Assembly: GCF_000372725.1 (NCBI RefSeq)
Contig: NW_005201792.1
Span: 499,440-563,439 of the forward strand
Direction: 5' to 3'
Length of the DNA stretch: 64,000 bases
From: Emiliania huxleyi CCMP1516
Lineage: Eukaryota
A program made the position numbers and the translations under genes. Positions 1 to 12,200 of the stretch are shown here, piece by piece. The notes under the pieces were generated by a model. The model searched no databases and was not told the DNA's origin. It was given only the letters and a program-made list of their open reading frames with translations. How positions within the stretch are numbered: the first letter of the stretch is position 1; each line of letters opens with the position of its first letter.

Positions 1-2259
1 CGACGTCGACGAGGGCACCATCACGCCCGCCGACTACACCCTCCTGCTCACGGGCGTGCCTCGCCACCTCGGCGCGCGCGGCGAGGCCGCCCTCGGCACC
101 GACGACCACGAGGCGGGCCGCGTGTACAGGTGGTCGTACAGCACCGGCGCCACTCCACGCCTCGCGGTGAAGAGCGCGCCTTCACACACCCTCCACCTGT
201 GTGCAGCGACTTCTTCCGGAGAGTGTGCGCGCGGACGCCCGCGCCAAAGCCGCCGCCCCCCGCCGCGGGGTCGCTGCGCTGGTGGCTGTCGCTGGGCTGG
301 CTCGGGCACCCGACACAGCGCCGCTCTCGGCCGAGCCGCGCCTCGTTCGGTGGTCTGTGAGAGCGGCTGCGCTGCCGTAGGCTCGACCTGACCCAGCTCG
401 CCACCGAGACGACCGTGCTGCCGCCGCCGCTCGACGACACCGTGTCGGAGCTCGTGTTTGTGCGCGGGAGCGCCGCGTGGCTCGACACGACCAACGAGCT
501 GCTCGACGCGCGCAAGCGGCTGCGCGCGCTCGTCCGCCCCGCCGGCCGCGCGCTCAGTGCAGAGACCGCCGCCGCGGCATTCTCCAAGAGCGGCAAGGGG
601 CCAAAGGTTGGGACGGCGCCGCCGCAGCCCGGCGACCCCGCGCCGCCCTCGCCGCTCGGGCGCTTCTCGCAGCGCCTCTCGACCGCCTTCAGACCGGAGG
701 GCGACACCACTCCCATCTCACCTCGCTCGGCCCGCGAGAGCGAGGCGCACCGCTCGCACGTGGCCGCCCTCCGCAAGCGAGATCTAGCCGAGATCTAGCC
801 GAGATCTAGCCGAGATCTCGCCCTCCACACGCGCGTCTCCGCAGCCGCGCCAGGGAGTGCGCACGCCGAGGCCCGCCGAGAGGAGGCTGCGACGGGCCGT
901 CCGTAGGCACGTCGAGGGGCTGCGCGAGGAGCTCGAGCGCGCCGCGAAGTCGGCGGGCACCTCGGCGGGCGAGGTGCGCGCGGTCCTCGTCTCGTTCAAC
1001 TCGGTGGGGGCGATGGAGAAGGTGAAGACTGAGCTGAAGCCCTCCGCGCCGCTCCTCTGGCTCCGCAACGCGTGGCCGCTCGCGGCTTTCGTCGGCACCG
1101 CGCCGCAGCTCGAGTACCCCGACCCATCCTCGCCGCGCCGCACCCTGCGCTGCACGCTGTCGGTGCGCACCGCCGCCGAGCCGTCGGACCTCATCTGGCC
1201 GTCGCTCGCGCGCACGGGCACCGAGCGGGCGGGGCGCGTCGCCGTGTCGTGGCTTATCATGTCCGCCGCCGTGCTGCTCGCCATGAGCCTCGCCGTCCGG
1301 CTCACGACCATCTGGGGGCTGCCTGCGCCGGCGCCGTCCTTCACACACACGTTCCAGCCCTGCCTCGACGTGCACTACCTCGACAGCTACTGGAGCGAGA
1401 CGTTCGGCTCCGGCCCCTCGGGCTGCGGCCTGCGGCGCGACGGCACCGAGCCAAACATGACCGTCGGGGCGGACGGGAAGAGGCACGAGTCCAACTTTGG
1501 AAAGGGGTGTGGCGGCGACCCGAGCTGCATCCTGCACTCGATCCTCGTCAACGCCTCGTGCGCCCCGAACGCCCAGTCTGCGCCGCCCGCCGAGCGGGAC
1601 GCGATGTTCGACCTCTCTCCCGCGCCGCGCTGGCTCGACGTGCCCGACGCACGCGTGGTTGCGAACTGGTACCCCTCGCAGAGCGGCAAGCGCGGCAGCC
1701 GCCCTCGCGGCAAGCGCGGCTTGCTGGAGGCGGCGGGGCAGTCCGAGGCGGAGGAGGGGCGCGGGGAGTGGACGTCCGAGGAGGGCCCGGGGAGGCTGCT
1801 CGCGGACGACCTGGAGCAGGAGCTGGTCGAGGTGACGAAGCCGAGGACGAGCGCCTGGTGGGCCTTCTGGGAGGTCGCGCCCGCGCCGACCGGCCAGACG
1901 GGCGCCTTCAACGTCTCCGACGCCAACGGCACGTTTTACCCAAAGTGCGACTTCCTGCGGCAGCGCGGCCCGCAGGGAGGCTACCTCGTGCCGATCGGCG
2001 GCGGGCCCGTCGACTGCAGGGAGCACCCTTCCGAGTGCGAGGAGGCCTTCTGCTCCTTCTCCTCCGACTACAGCCCCGACGCGCCGCCGCCCTACCTGCT
2101 CCGGCCGACCCGCATGTGCCCCTCGGCGGGCTCCTCGGTCCTCGCAAAGTCGAACGCGACGCGCATGTCCGCGGCGGCAGCCGCGGCCGAGGCGGCGCAG
2201 GAGGGGCTCTCGGAGGTCTCGGCGGCCTTCACCGAGGCCTTCTCCAGCTTCGGCAGCTT

Positions 2260-2295
<36 letters not shown>

Positions 2296-5200
2296 GGGAG
2301 TGAACGTGATGGGCAGTGGGGCGAGTGGGTGGGAGGACGAGGACGGCCTCGTCAACGCGTACGTGATCGAGGGGTGCAACGACCCGAACTGCGTTCTCTG
2401 TACGCGCGCCTACCTCGACTGCCGCACCGACTCCGAGACGGCGCAGCTCGAGACGGCGCCGTTGCTGTCGGCGGCTCGGCTGACCACGTACCGCACCTTC
2501 GCCATCTCGATCATCGTGCTCGTGCTCGGCCAGGGCCTCTACTACCTCACGCCGTGGCTGGCCGACTTCTCGTGCGCGCTGACCTACTCGGCCAAGCAGC
2601 GCTCCTTCATGCGGTACAACGTGTTCATGACCTTCTTCTTCACGCTGTGCACGCTGCTCTACATGGAGAAGTCCGGCCTGGCCAAGCTCGGCTTCTACCT
2701 CCGCTCGGGCAAGCAGATCTACGCGCTGCTCTTCTCATACGTCACGACCAAGATCCTGATGCTCTGGTCCCTCGTGCCCGCGATGACCTTCGTCAAGAGC
2801 CGCCTCCTCGCGCGCTTCCAAAGGACGCAGCGCGACATGAACACCTGCTTCGAGGGCTACGAGTTCTACTACGCGCTCAACATGGCGCAGATCCTCTTCC
2901 TCGTCCTGCTCGCGACCATGTTCTCATCGGCGCTCCCGCTCGCGCTGCCGATGTGCTCCGTGTACCTGGCGCTGCGCTACGTCACCGAGCGGCTCTACTT
3001 CGTCAAGTTCTACACGCGCACGCCCGCGTACGACGACAAGCTCTTCCACGCGGCGTACGGCTTCCTCCCCCTCGCCCTCCTCGGAAAGCTCGCCGCCACC
3101 TACATCCTGTACCGCCCGACGCGTGCGGCCAACCTCACCTTCGCCATCCAGCTCTTCACCTTTGTCCTCTGGCTCTCGATCGACCGCGGCTTCTGGGCGT
3201 GGGTCCTCGCGGTGCGCGGCGGCGCAAAGATGCGCGAGTACGAGTCGGACCTCGCCGAGTCCACCTCGCACCAGGTGGGGCGAGCGCGAGGGCTGCTCGA
3301 CCCGTACGACCCCTTCCCGCCCGTCCTCGACCCGCCCGTCCTCGAGGTGCACGAGCTGCTGCTGCTGCGGCCCGTCGCGACGTGGGCAAACCCGCAGAGG
3401 CTGCCCGCCTTCGCCACCTGCCCGAACTGCTTCGCCACCTGCGCCATCCCCGAGCCCGGGACGCCCGTCGGGCGGCACCGCTGCCGCCCCACGCGCGCGC
3501 TCAAGTCGGCCGAGGAGGAGGGCCAGCGGCGCCGCCTCGCCCGCCTGCCCGGCTGGGGCAAGGGCAAGAGCGGCAAGGGCCCACTCCGCCGCGCGAACTC
3601 CTCCGCCGGCGCCTCCCTCGGCAACAGCTTGGGCGAGCGCACCTCGCTCGCGCTCGGCCCCTTCTCCCCGGCGCTGCTGCCCCCGGCGGGCGGCGGCGGG
3701 GGCTCCCCCGCATACGCCGCCTCGTCGCCCTCGACGACCGATTTGTCCTCCTCCTCGGACGGCGAGGAGGAGGCTTCGCCGCCCGCCCCCGCCCCCGCCG
3801 CCCGCCCCTCTCGTGGCCGCGGCCTTCTCCGCCGGTCGGGCGGCGACGGCGACGCGACCTCGACTGCCGGGCTCATGCCGTCCGGCGCGCCAGACTCCGC
3901 CTCGCCCGACCACCGGCAAGCCTCGCCGCTGCCGCAAGCCGCCGGCCTCGGCTCCGCGTGGCCCGGCGCGCCGTCAGCCTCGCACGGCGCCGCGCCCGGC
4001 GCCGCGCCGAGCGAGCCTCTGCCGGAGGCGAGCTGGACGCGCGTCGCTCGCATCGGCGGCGCGTCGACGCTGCGCGCCTTTGGCTCGTGGACGGAGGCGC
4101 GCGCGTGGCTCGAGCAGCACTTGCGCATGTCCGAGCGGGACGGCCCGCTCGGGCCCTCGGCACAGTTGGCCGAGGAGGACGGCGAGAGGTACACGTACAC
4201 GGGCATGCCGACGCTGCTGCTGCCGCCGCTCTCGCGGCCGACCGCTGGCTCGCGCGTGACCGTCTACGACTGGTGGAACAAGGAGCTCGGACAGCGCACC
4301 TGCAGCAGACCTGTCCTGGACATGTCCACGACACTTCCCTGTCATGTCCCATAAGGAGCTCGGACAGCGAACCATCCACGCGGGCGCGCCGCGGGACGGC
4401 GAGGTCTGCCTCGGCGTCCAGTTCGTCGCCCTCACCGGCGGCAAGATCACCGCCTCGGGCGCGGCGCCGCCCGGCACCGCCGCGGTCTGCGACTTTTGGG
4501 ACCGCGGCCGGAGGCAGGTGACGCTGCACGCCGGCCCGGCGCGGCGGGGGGAGGAGCTGCGCCAGCTGCAGTTCTACGCGTGGACCGAGGCGCAGCCCGA
4601 GCTCGGCACGGTGCCAGTCTACGAGTGGGAGCACACCCACTCGCGCGAGCTCTCTGTCCACCCCGCGCCGCCCTGGCCGGGCGAGGAGCCGACGGCGGCG
4701 CGGGTCGTCTTCCACGCGCTGCCGCCCGCCGCCGCCTACGCGGTCAGTCTGCGCGCGCGCGGCCGCGAGCTGGCGAGCTCCGCGGTGAACGAGGCGCAGG
4801 GCGACGGCGTGGCGGCCCAGCTGATCGGTGCCGCGATGTCGGGCGACGGCGCTATGGAGAAGAGGATGCGCAGGGAGATCTCCGAGTATCTCGGCGGCGG
4901 CGGCGGCGAGGCCGTCGGTGAGGACCCGGAGAGTGGCGACGAGGAGCCGCCCCAGCGCGGCGACCTGAGGGTGCCGGCGGCGGACGAGTGGGTGGTAGGG
5001 TACACGCGTGAGCACGGCGAGTACGGTGCGGCTGCCGCGGGATCGCCGAGATGCCGCCGATACCCGAGCCGAGATGCAGCGGAGGTGTGTCCGAGATAGG
5101 CACCCTGCTGTGGCGGCTGCTCGAGGCGAGCACGCGGCTCGAGATGTCGAAGCTGCTCGAGGACTGCCTCGAGCTCGGAGGAGCCTCGCGCAACGGCGGC

Positions 5201-7415
5201 GCCGACCCGCAGGTTCTGGGAGTGAACGAGTATAGTTACTACTCAGTAGTGGATAGGAATTGTCCAGTAATGATAACCCGCAGGTAGGGGAATAGTCCAG
5301 TAACGAAGCTCGAAACTCGCAGGTCTGGGAGTGCGTCTGCGTTGCGGCGGAGCTGTGCGAGCCGGACGCCGACCACGAGGGCCCGTGGACCCGCTGGGTG
5401 GCGGTGCTGCGCTCCGGCGGCGTACCACGCTTCGTCAACGGCCGGCTCACTGCGGCGCGGCGCGAGGTGGATTGGGCGCTGCGCGCCTCGGTCGGCGGCG
5501 TCGTGCAGCGACGGCTCGCGGACGGGCTGCAGCTGGTGGCTTCGGGCGGCACCGCGGGCGCCTTCAACGTGCGCCTCCTCGTCTCGTCTCGCCGGGTGCA
5601 CCACTGGGCGCGGCAGCACGTGCGCATCGACTCGCACTGGGACCGGATCGAGGCGTGGATCGCGCAGCTGGCGCAGGTCGACGGCTCCGCCGGCGGGCCG
5701 CCCCTCGTCGAGACGGTGTCGTACGTCTCCGGAGAGTGGACCGTCTCCGCCATCGCCCGCGCCGCCGCAGACGTGCCCGTGTCGCAGCGGGTGCTGGCCG
5801 GGCCGGCGTGGCCCGCGGGAGAGATTCAGGCGCTGCTGCGGAGCGGCTTCGTCGTCAGCGCCGCCGCGCGCGGCCCGGCGGGCTCGGCGCACGCGGTGGT
5901 GGTGGTGATGACGCGCATGCCCGCGTCCGTGGCGCCGCTCGTCTACCGCGGCCGCGGTTCCTCCTCCGGCTGCGTGATGCGCTGGCGCACTTTCGGAGCG
6001 CGCACCGAGTGGCACGAGGATTGGGCGCAGGCGCCGCGCTCTGCGACCGCGCGCCTCGCGTAGCCGGGCTCGTGCAGCCGCCGGCGAGCCTTCTCGCAGC
6101 CTCCCCATAGGCGCCGCTCTGCGACGCGCGCCCCTTTTCCGAGCGGGCCGGCGTGCGCGTGCACGCCTCGAGCAGCGAGGCGCCGCCGCGGCTCGAGGCG
6201 TCCCGCTCGCGCGTGACCGACGTCGCGTACTCGCTGCCGTGGCAGCTCGGCGTGTGCGGCGGCGCGATGCTCGACACGATTGCGATGCTCCTCATCGTGG
6301 CGGAGGTCCTGCCTGCTTGGTGCACGCCGGTGCACGAGGCGATCTCGCTGGCGGTGCTGGTGCTCTTCACGGTCGACATCGCGCTGCGGCTGATCGCCGA
6401 GGGACCGAGCTTCTTCTCGGACCGCTGGAACATCTTCGACCTCGCCCTCGTCCTCCTCTCCGTCGCCGCCAACGCGTACGTCGCCTTTGGGGGCGGCTCG
6501 CAGGCGACCAAGCAGGCGCCAGTCATCATGCGCGCCTTCCGCGCCATCCGCGCCGTCATCCTCGCCTACCGCACCATCGAGAGGCTCGAGCAGGGTGCGA
6601 GGAGCCGGCGCGGCCCGCCGGTGCAGCACCGCGCCGCCTTCATCACCGACAGCGACGAGGGCACCTATTGGCGGTCGGGGCGGGCGCCGGGCGGGCCGGG
6701 CAGTCCCTTTGGCGTCACCGTCACCATCGACCTCGGCTGCGAGCGGCCGGTCGAGGCGATCTCGACGCTGTGGGGCGGGGAGCACGTGCATCGCATGCCC
6801 GCGCAGTGGTCGCTCCTCGGCGCGACGCACGCCACCTTCGACCCGGCTCCGCCCGAGGTGGTGCACGCGGAGCCGGGCCAGATGCCGGGCCACTGGCGGC
6901 TGCACGAGCCTCTGGTGATCGCATCCTTCGACGCGCCGGCGACGCCGCGGGCGGGGCCGCCCACACCGCGCGCTCCCGGCGCCGGCGCTGCCGCTGCCGG
7001 GTCAGGGTGGGGCGCGGGAGGCGCGGGCGGGCCGACGGCGCATGCGCCGCACGTGCCTCGCTCGGCAGACCTGCACATCGACGGTGTGACGTGCTCGTAC
7101 ACGGTGCTGCCCGAGACACGCGAGCTGCAGGTGTGAACAGCGCCTCTCCACCCCTGCAGCTGTGAACAGGTGCTGCCCGAGACGCGCAAGCTGCGCTACG
7201 TGCAGCTGCAGCTGGTGCGCCCCGTGGCCAAGCTGAAGGCCTACTCCCTCCGCCAGGTCCAGGTGGTTGGGCCGAGGCTGGCCGAGGCGCGGCCGTGGTC
7301 GTCTCGCAACCAGAAGGACGGGGACAGCGCGGCAGAGGGCGGCGTGCTCACGCGCCTCTCGCGCGCCGTGAGCACGTCCTGGTCCGCCTACCGCGATGCA
7401 CGTCTCACCTCGTGA
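1..7415 (+). CDS. Giant multi-exon membrane protein, 5' end outside the window: OSCA/TMEM63(CSC1)/TMC-like channel region, long low-complexity tail, 4-TM voltage-sensor-like domain, discoidin/F5-8C-like domain
   Basis: Proposed exons: <1-129, 207-329, 381-776, 907-4282, 4356-5025, 5100-5212, 5323-6030, 6111-7103, 7170-7415. All junctions preserve frame. Motifs: ITPADYTLLLTGVP, AAEPSDLIWPSL and TQRDMNTCFEGYEFYYALNMAQ...FSSALPLALP...RTPAYDDKL (OSCA/TMC-like); LFTVDIALRL..FFSDRWNIFDLALV..MRAFRAIRAVI (S2-S4 of a voltage sensor); FITDSDEGTYWRS..VTIDLG (discoidin-like). Confidence 0.7.
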
Positions 7416-7921
7416 GCACGCCATTCCGGACTGAACGCCTGTGGTGCAGGAATATTGAGCTGGAATAATTTTATGTACGGCTTTTCCCTCCCTGTAGCTG
7501 TAGAGGAGACAAAAGGCCTGGAGAGATAGACGGCCTGCAACGACAAACGGCCTGTTCGGCATGTACTAGCTGTACTAGTGAAATCATAACAAAAAGAATT
7601 CCAAAAAGAAAAACACCCCTATGGAGAACGCCGAGTGCCAGAACACACCAGGGGGCAAGTGTGTGTAGCACCTTCGACCCCGAAATGAAGGTCGCCACAC
7701 CAAACCGGGCGCTAGGAGAGGTGAACTGAAGGCTGAGACAACGGAGGCCGAGCCTGAGTGGGCGCCCCCGCGCGCCCCCACACAAGCAAGCCTCTGTCCT
7801 TCGGCCCACTCCGGCGATCGTCCGTGGGCGACCGCGAATAACACGAGGATCTAATCAATGCCCTCACCACCCGACCCCCCTCTAGGGACAGCAGTGCGCA
7901 TCTCATCCCGGAGAGGGAAGG

Positions 7922-8879
7922 TTGTCCCCACTCACAGTTATTGTTATGGTGTTATGGCTCTCTGGGCATAGCAGCCCATAACATGTTATGGGCTGCTATG
8001 GGAGGGCCGTCCCGGGTCCACGGTGTTATGGCCCGAGAGGCCACGCCGGACTGCTCGCCGCTGGAATTTTCGCTTCGCGCGCTGCCGCGCGCGAGGTAGG
8101 TTCGGCATCGATCGCCAAATATTTTCTCTTTTGCCCTCTCAAGTTAAATTCAATAACATCAACCTGCCTCCTGAGGCTGAGCGATGGCTTCAGATTGCTC
8201 AATCAAGACCCGCCCTCCCCCCCCCCCCCCTCACGCAATTTGCTTCCCGTTTCTAACTCGTACTCTCTGCAGCTCTGTACGCTTCCCTCCATTTTTAACT
8301 TGTATGTCTTTGCCGCAATTTAACTCACGTCCTTTTTCTTTCCTTTTCCCACTACATGTCTCGAGGTTTCTAAAAAGTGGAAGCTGGCTGCTCCCGCTTT
8401 TTAGTAGTTAACGCTCCCAGTCCCGTGCCAGTGTCGTGCGAGGGGGAGTTTGTTGTAAAACTCTTGCTCATCGCGCGATCGATGGATGGATGTTGCTGCT
8501 TTCCGCGTTGCTGATGCCCTGCACTCCTTTCCGGATCGGGCCGACCAGTATCGAACGTGAGCTGGCAGAGTTAGAGCAGGCTGCTGAGCGGGCCGGGCTC
8601 GACGGTGTGAGGTGGCCGAGTCATAACAGCTGTTATGAGGTTGTTATGCTGGCTGTCATAACAACCACAGTGGGAGGTGTTATGAGTGCTATGAAGGTGT
8701 GTTATATGAGGTGTTATATGTGAGGTGTTATGGTAGGGTGGGCATAACAGCCATAACAGCGATGGAGGTGTTATGAGGTGTTATGAGGTGTTATGGGGTG
8801 TTATGGGGTGTTATGAGCAGCCAGCCATAACAGCCATAACACCTGTTATGGCCGCTCCCATAACCTTGAGTGGGGACAA
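7922..8879. mobile_element. Non-autonomous TIR DNA element (MITE-like, 958 bp)
   Basis: Terminal inverted repeats TTGTCCCCACTCA(ca)GTTA at 7922 and TAAC(ct)TGAGTGGGGACAA ending at 8879. GGAAGG flanks both sides (7916-7921, 8880-8885). Many subterminal GTTATG/CATAAC repeats; no coding capacity. Confidence 0.7.
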
Positions 8880-9243
8880 GGAAGGAGGGTGGGGGGGGGG
8901 GAGAAGAGAGAGCCGGATGCAAGGAGTACCCCCGTCCCCCGACGGACGCGAGTGGGGGGGAAAGCGAGACGAGAGATTCAAGGCGAACTTCATCGCCCGT
9001 CCAGGAGCCCCGCGATATTAGCAACCCCAGCCCTGGTGCAGTCGGTCTTCGGATCAGCGGCCAGCTTCCCACTTAGGGCAGGGAACCCCCAGCGACGCTA
9101 GTGTGTGGCCTCTACGCGGTAGCCTCAAGCTTGTACGCAGTACGCGATTCCAGGGCAGGGGGGAGAGGCGCGCCACGCCAAGGGGGACAAGCGACGGGAG
9201 GGGGAGAGTAGTGTCTTTCGCAGGATACAACACATTTTTTTTC

Positions 9244-12200
9244 TCACGACAGCTTGCTCACCACGCGCGGGGAGCAGTAGTGCGAGCACGCCTTCCCGCA
9301 CCAGATGGGGAGCGTCGACGCGGCGGTGAGGATGGTGACGCGGAAGGCGAAGGGAACGGAGAGCATGAAACGCAGGTCGAAGATGGCCATGGTGCCGCCC
9401 GCAAAGTCGGGCGAGGAGAGGGCGACGATGCAGGCGAGGTAGACGAGGAGCGTGAGCAGCTGCGCGAGCAGCATGAGCGGGTGCCAGCGCTTGACCTCGA
9501 CCGCGACCATGAGCAGCTCGGTGAGGATGAGGGCGGTGAAGGTGATGCCCACCACGTGCACGAAGCGCTGCTCGAAGAGGACGATCCCGCCCAGCATGAT
9601 GACGCACCCCTGGTAGACGGCCTTCCACGTCCACACGAGGAAGGTCTTGACCGAGAGGTAGCGCCTAGTCCGAGGTGGCCCGAGATCACCCGAGAGGCCC
9701 CGAGGTCGAGGAGGAGGGCCTCGCTGGGGAGGTGGCGCCGCTTCTGCAGCTCGCGGTACAGCTCGGGGAACTTGAGCGCGTTCGGCTCGGAGACGTCCTC
9801 GTCAAGCACGAGCGAGAAGAGGGGCCCGTACGTGAAGATGGTGGCGTAGCCGGCGACGAGGACGCCGTTGTACAGCGCGACGGGCGCAAAGTAAAAGAGC
9901 GACGAGAAGACCGCCTGGATGACGGAGATGATCAGCCCGCGGTGGATCACAAACTGCGACAGCGTCGCCGAGCGCATGTAGCAGTTGCGGCCGTGCCACA
10001 GCACCAGCCTCCCCAGGTGCGAGAACTGCTGCAGCGAAAAGTCGGCGGCGAGCGCCGCCTGCCGCCCCTCGCGCCCCTGGATGCCGATGCCGACGTGCGC
10101 CGCCTGGATCATGCCGACGTCGTTGCCGCCGTCGCCGATGGCGGCGGTGCACGCCTTTGGCTGCGTCATCCGGATCAGCTGCACGATCTCCGCCTTTTGG
10201 GTGGGGGTGCAGCGGCAGCAGATGACGGCGGGCGCGGCGCAAGCAACCTCCATGAAGAGCTGCTGGTGGTGCGAGACGCAGAGCGAGAGGGCGGCGCCGT
10301 CGAGGACGAGGCACGGCGCGTTGAACTTGCCCTGCGGGTAACCCTGCAGCGCCTGCCGCGCCTCGCGCCGCCTCTCCTTCTCGTCGCCCGACGAGCGGAC
10401 GGCGACCTGGTACATGCGCTGCCGCCGCGTGACGAGCGACGCGTTCTGCGCGATGACCCACGCCGTCTCGAGCTTGTCCCCCGTCAGCATCCACGTCCGC
10501 ACCTGAGGAAGGAATGCCTCTCGGCTCAGCGACCTCGAGCCCGATGCACGGCTCGCATCGGCACGCCGCGCGTTCGCGTCGCGAAGCGTCTCGAGCGTCG
10601 CGCGCACGTTCGCCTGCGGCTCACCCTCGGGCCGTCACGCGGAGCAGCAGAGGTCGCAGCGATCAGCCGAGGTGTGCCGAGACTCGCCTGCAGCCGGTCC
10701 TCGACGGCCGTCACGCAGAGCAGCCGCATGTCCTCCTGCAGCATCTCCCACGCCGCGCGGGTCGCCTCGGCGCGCCCCGCCCGAGCGAGCTGCGCCGCGC
10801 CTACGCGATCCAGGAAGCTTCACACGGAGCCCTCGCGGACGGCCCCGCCCGCGCACTGCGCCGCGCCGTACGCGCGCGAGAAGGCGTCGAGCTGCGGCTC
10901 CGAGAGGTCGCGCGCCTAAGGTGCGCAGTGCACACGCCCCCGTACCGCGGTAGTCTCCTCGGCGGCGAGAGGAGGAGCCGACAGGCCGCGCGCCGCCACG
11001 ACGAGCGTGCGCAGCCCCTCCCGCGCCAGGTTGCCGACCTCCTCCTCCATCCAGTCCGAAGAGGCCACCCGCTCGGCCATCACCGACTCGGCCCCCTTAG
11101 CGAGGAACTGGATGGCGCCCGTCGACTCGTCGCGCAGCAGCACTCCCATCCGCTTGAGCTCGGACGAGAAGGGCATCTCGCCGAGCAGCTCGAAGCCGCG
11201 CAGCCGGCCCGACGGCTCGTGCACCTGAGGGCGAGCGCGCGCGGCGCGCGCGCGCGAGTCACCACTTCGGAGTAAGCTCGGGTCATATCGGGGAATCTCG
11301 GGTCACCTCGGGGAATCTCGGGGAATCTCGGGTCATCTCGGGGAATCTCGCGCACCACGATGCGAGTCGGAGTCCGCTCGTGCAGCACCAGCCCGCAGCG
11401 CGCCGCGAAGACGACGAGCGAGAGCTCGTCCGGCGAGGCGCCCTGGAAGCACGACTCGAGCGAGGCGGCCTACCCGAGATCGCCCGAGATCGCCCGAGAT
11501 TGCCCGAGATTGCCCGAGATCGGGGGCGCGACTCGAGCCAGCCGGCCTGCCCCCCGCCGACCGACTCGACTGGCGACACGTTGTGGCAGAGAGCGATCGC
11601 GAGCAGCGCCTACGCACCGCGAGCCGAGCCGAGATGAGCCGAGAGGACCGCCCCAGAGCACACCCGAGACCCCCCGAGAGGAAGGCAGCCTCGTACACGG
11701 CCGAGGCGAAGGCGCTCTCCGACCGCGGCACGGCAGCAGAGGCGTCCCCCTCGCGCCGCCGCGCGAGCACGCCTCCTCCTCCTCCGCCGCCGCCGCTGCC
11801 CCCTCCGCCTCCTCCGCCGCCTCCTCCCTCCCCGAGGTCCGAGCTCGCGCCCGCCGGCGGCGGCGCGTCGTCCTCGCCGGCGGCGGCGTGCGCCACCGCG
11901 GCCTGCGCCTCCCCGAGCGTCTGCGGCGGGAAGGGGCGATGTGGGGAAGCAAGCGGGAGGCCGGGCCTGGCCCGAGCTTGTGCGCCCGAGGTGCGCCCGA
12001 GGTGCGCCCGAGGTGCGCCCGAGGTGCGCCCGAAGCGTTGTTGTGTATCCGTGGTGCGAGGGCCGCCCCTCGCCTGGGGCGAGAGGAAGGCGAAGCCGAG
12101 GTGGAGCTTGCGGAAGAGCATCTCGTTGCGCGTGAGGGTGCCCGTCTTGTCGGTGAGGAGGAAGTCGATGCCGCCGAGCTCCTCGGGCAGCGTGGAGGAG

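Noticed and set aside
1072..4521. 1149-aa Arg/Ala-rich ORF and the many other long overlapping ORFs in the track
   Set aside because: These are shadow frames of real genes; stop codons are scarce at about 70% GC and the products have no motifs.
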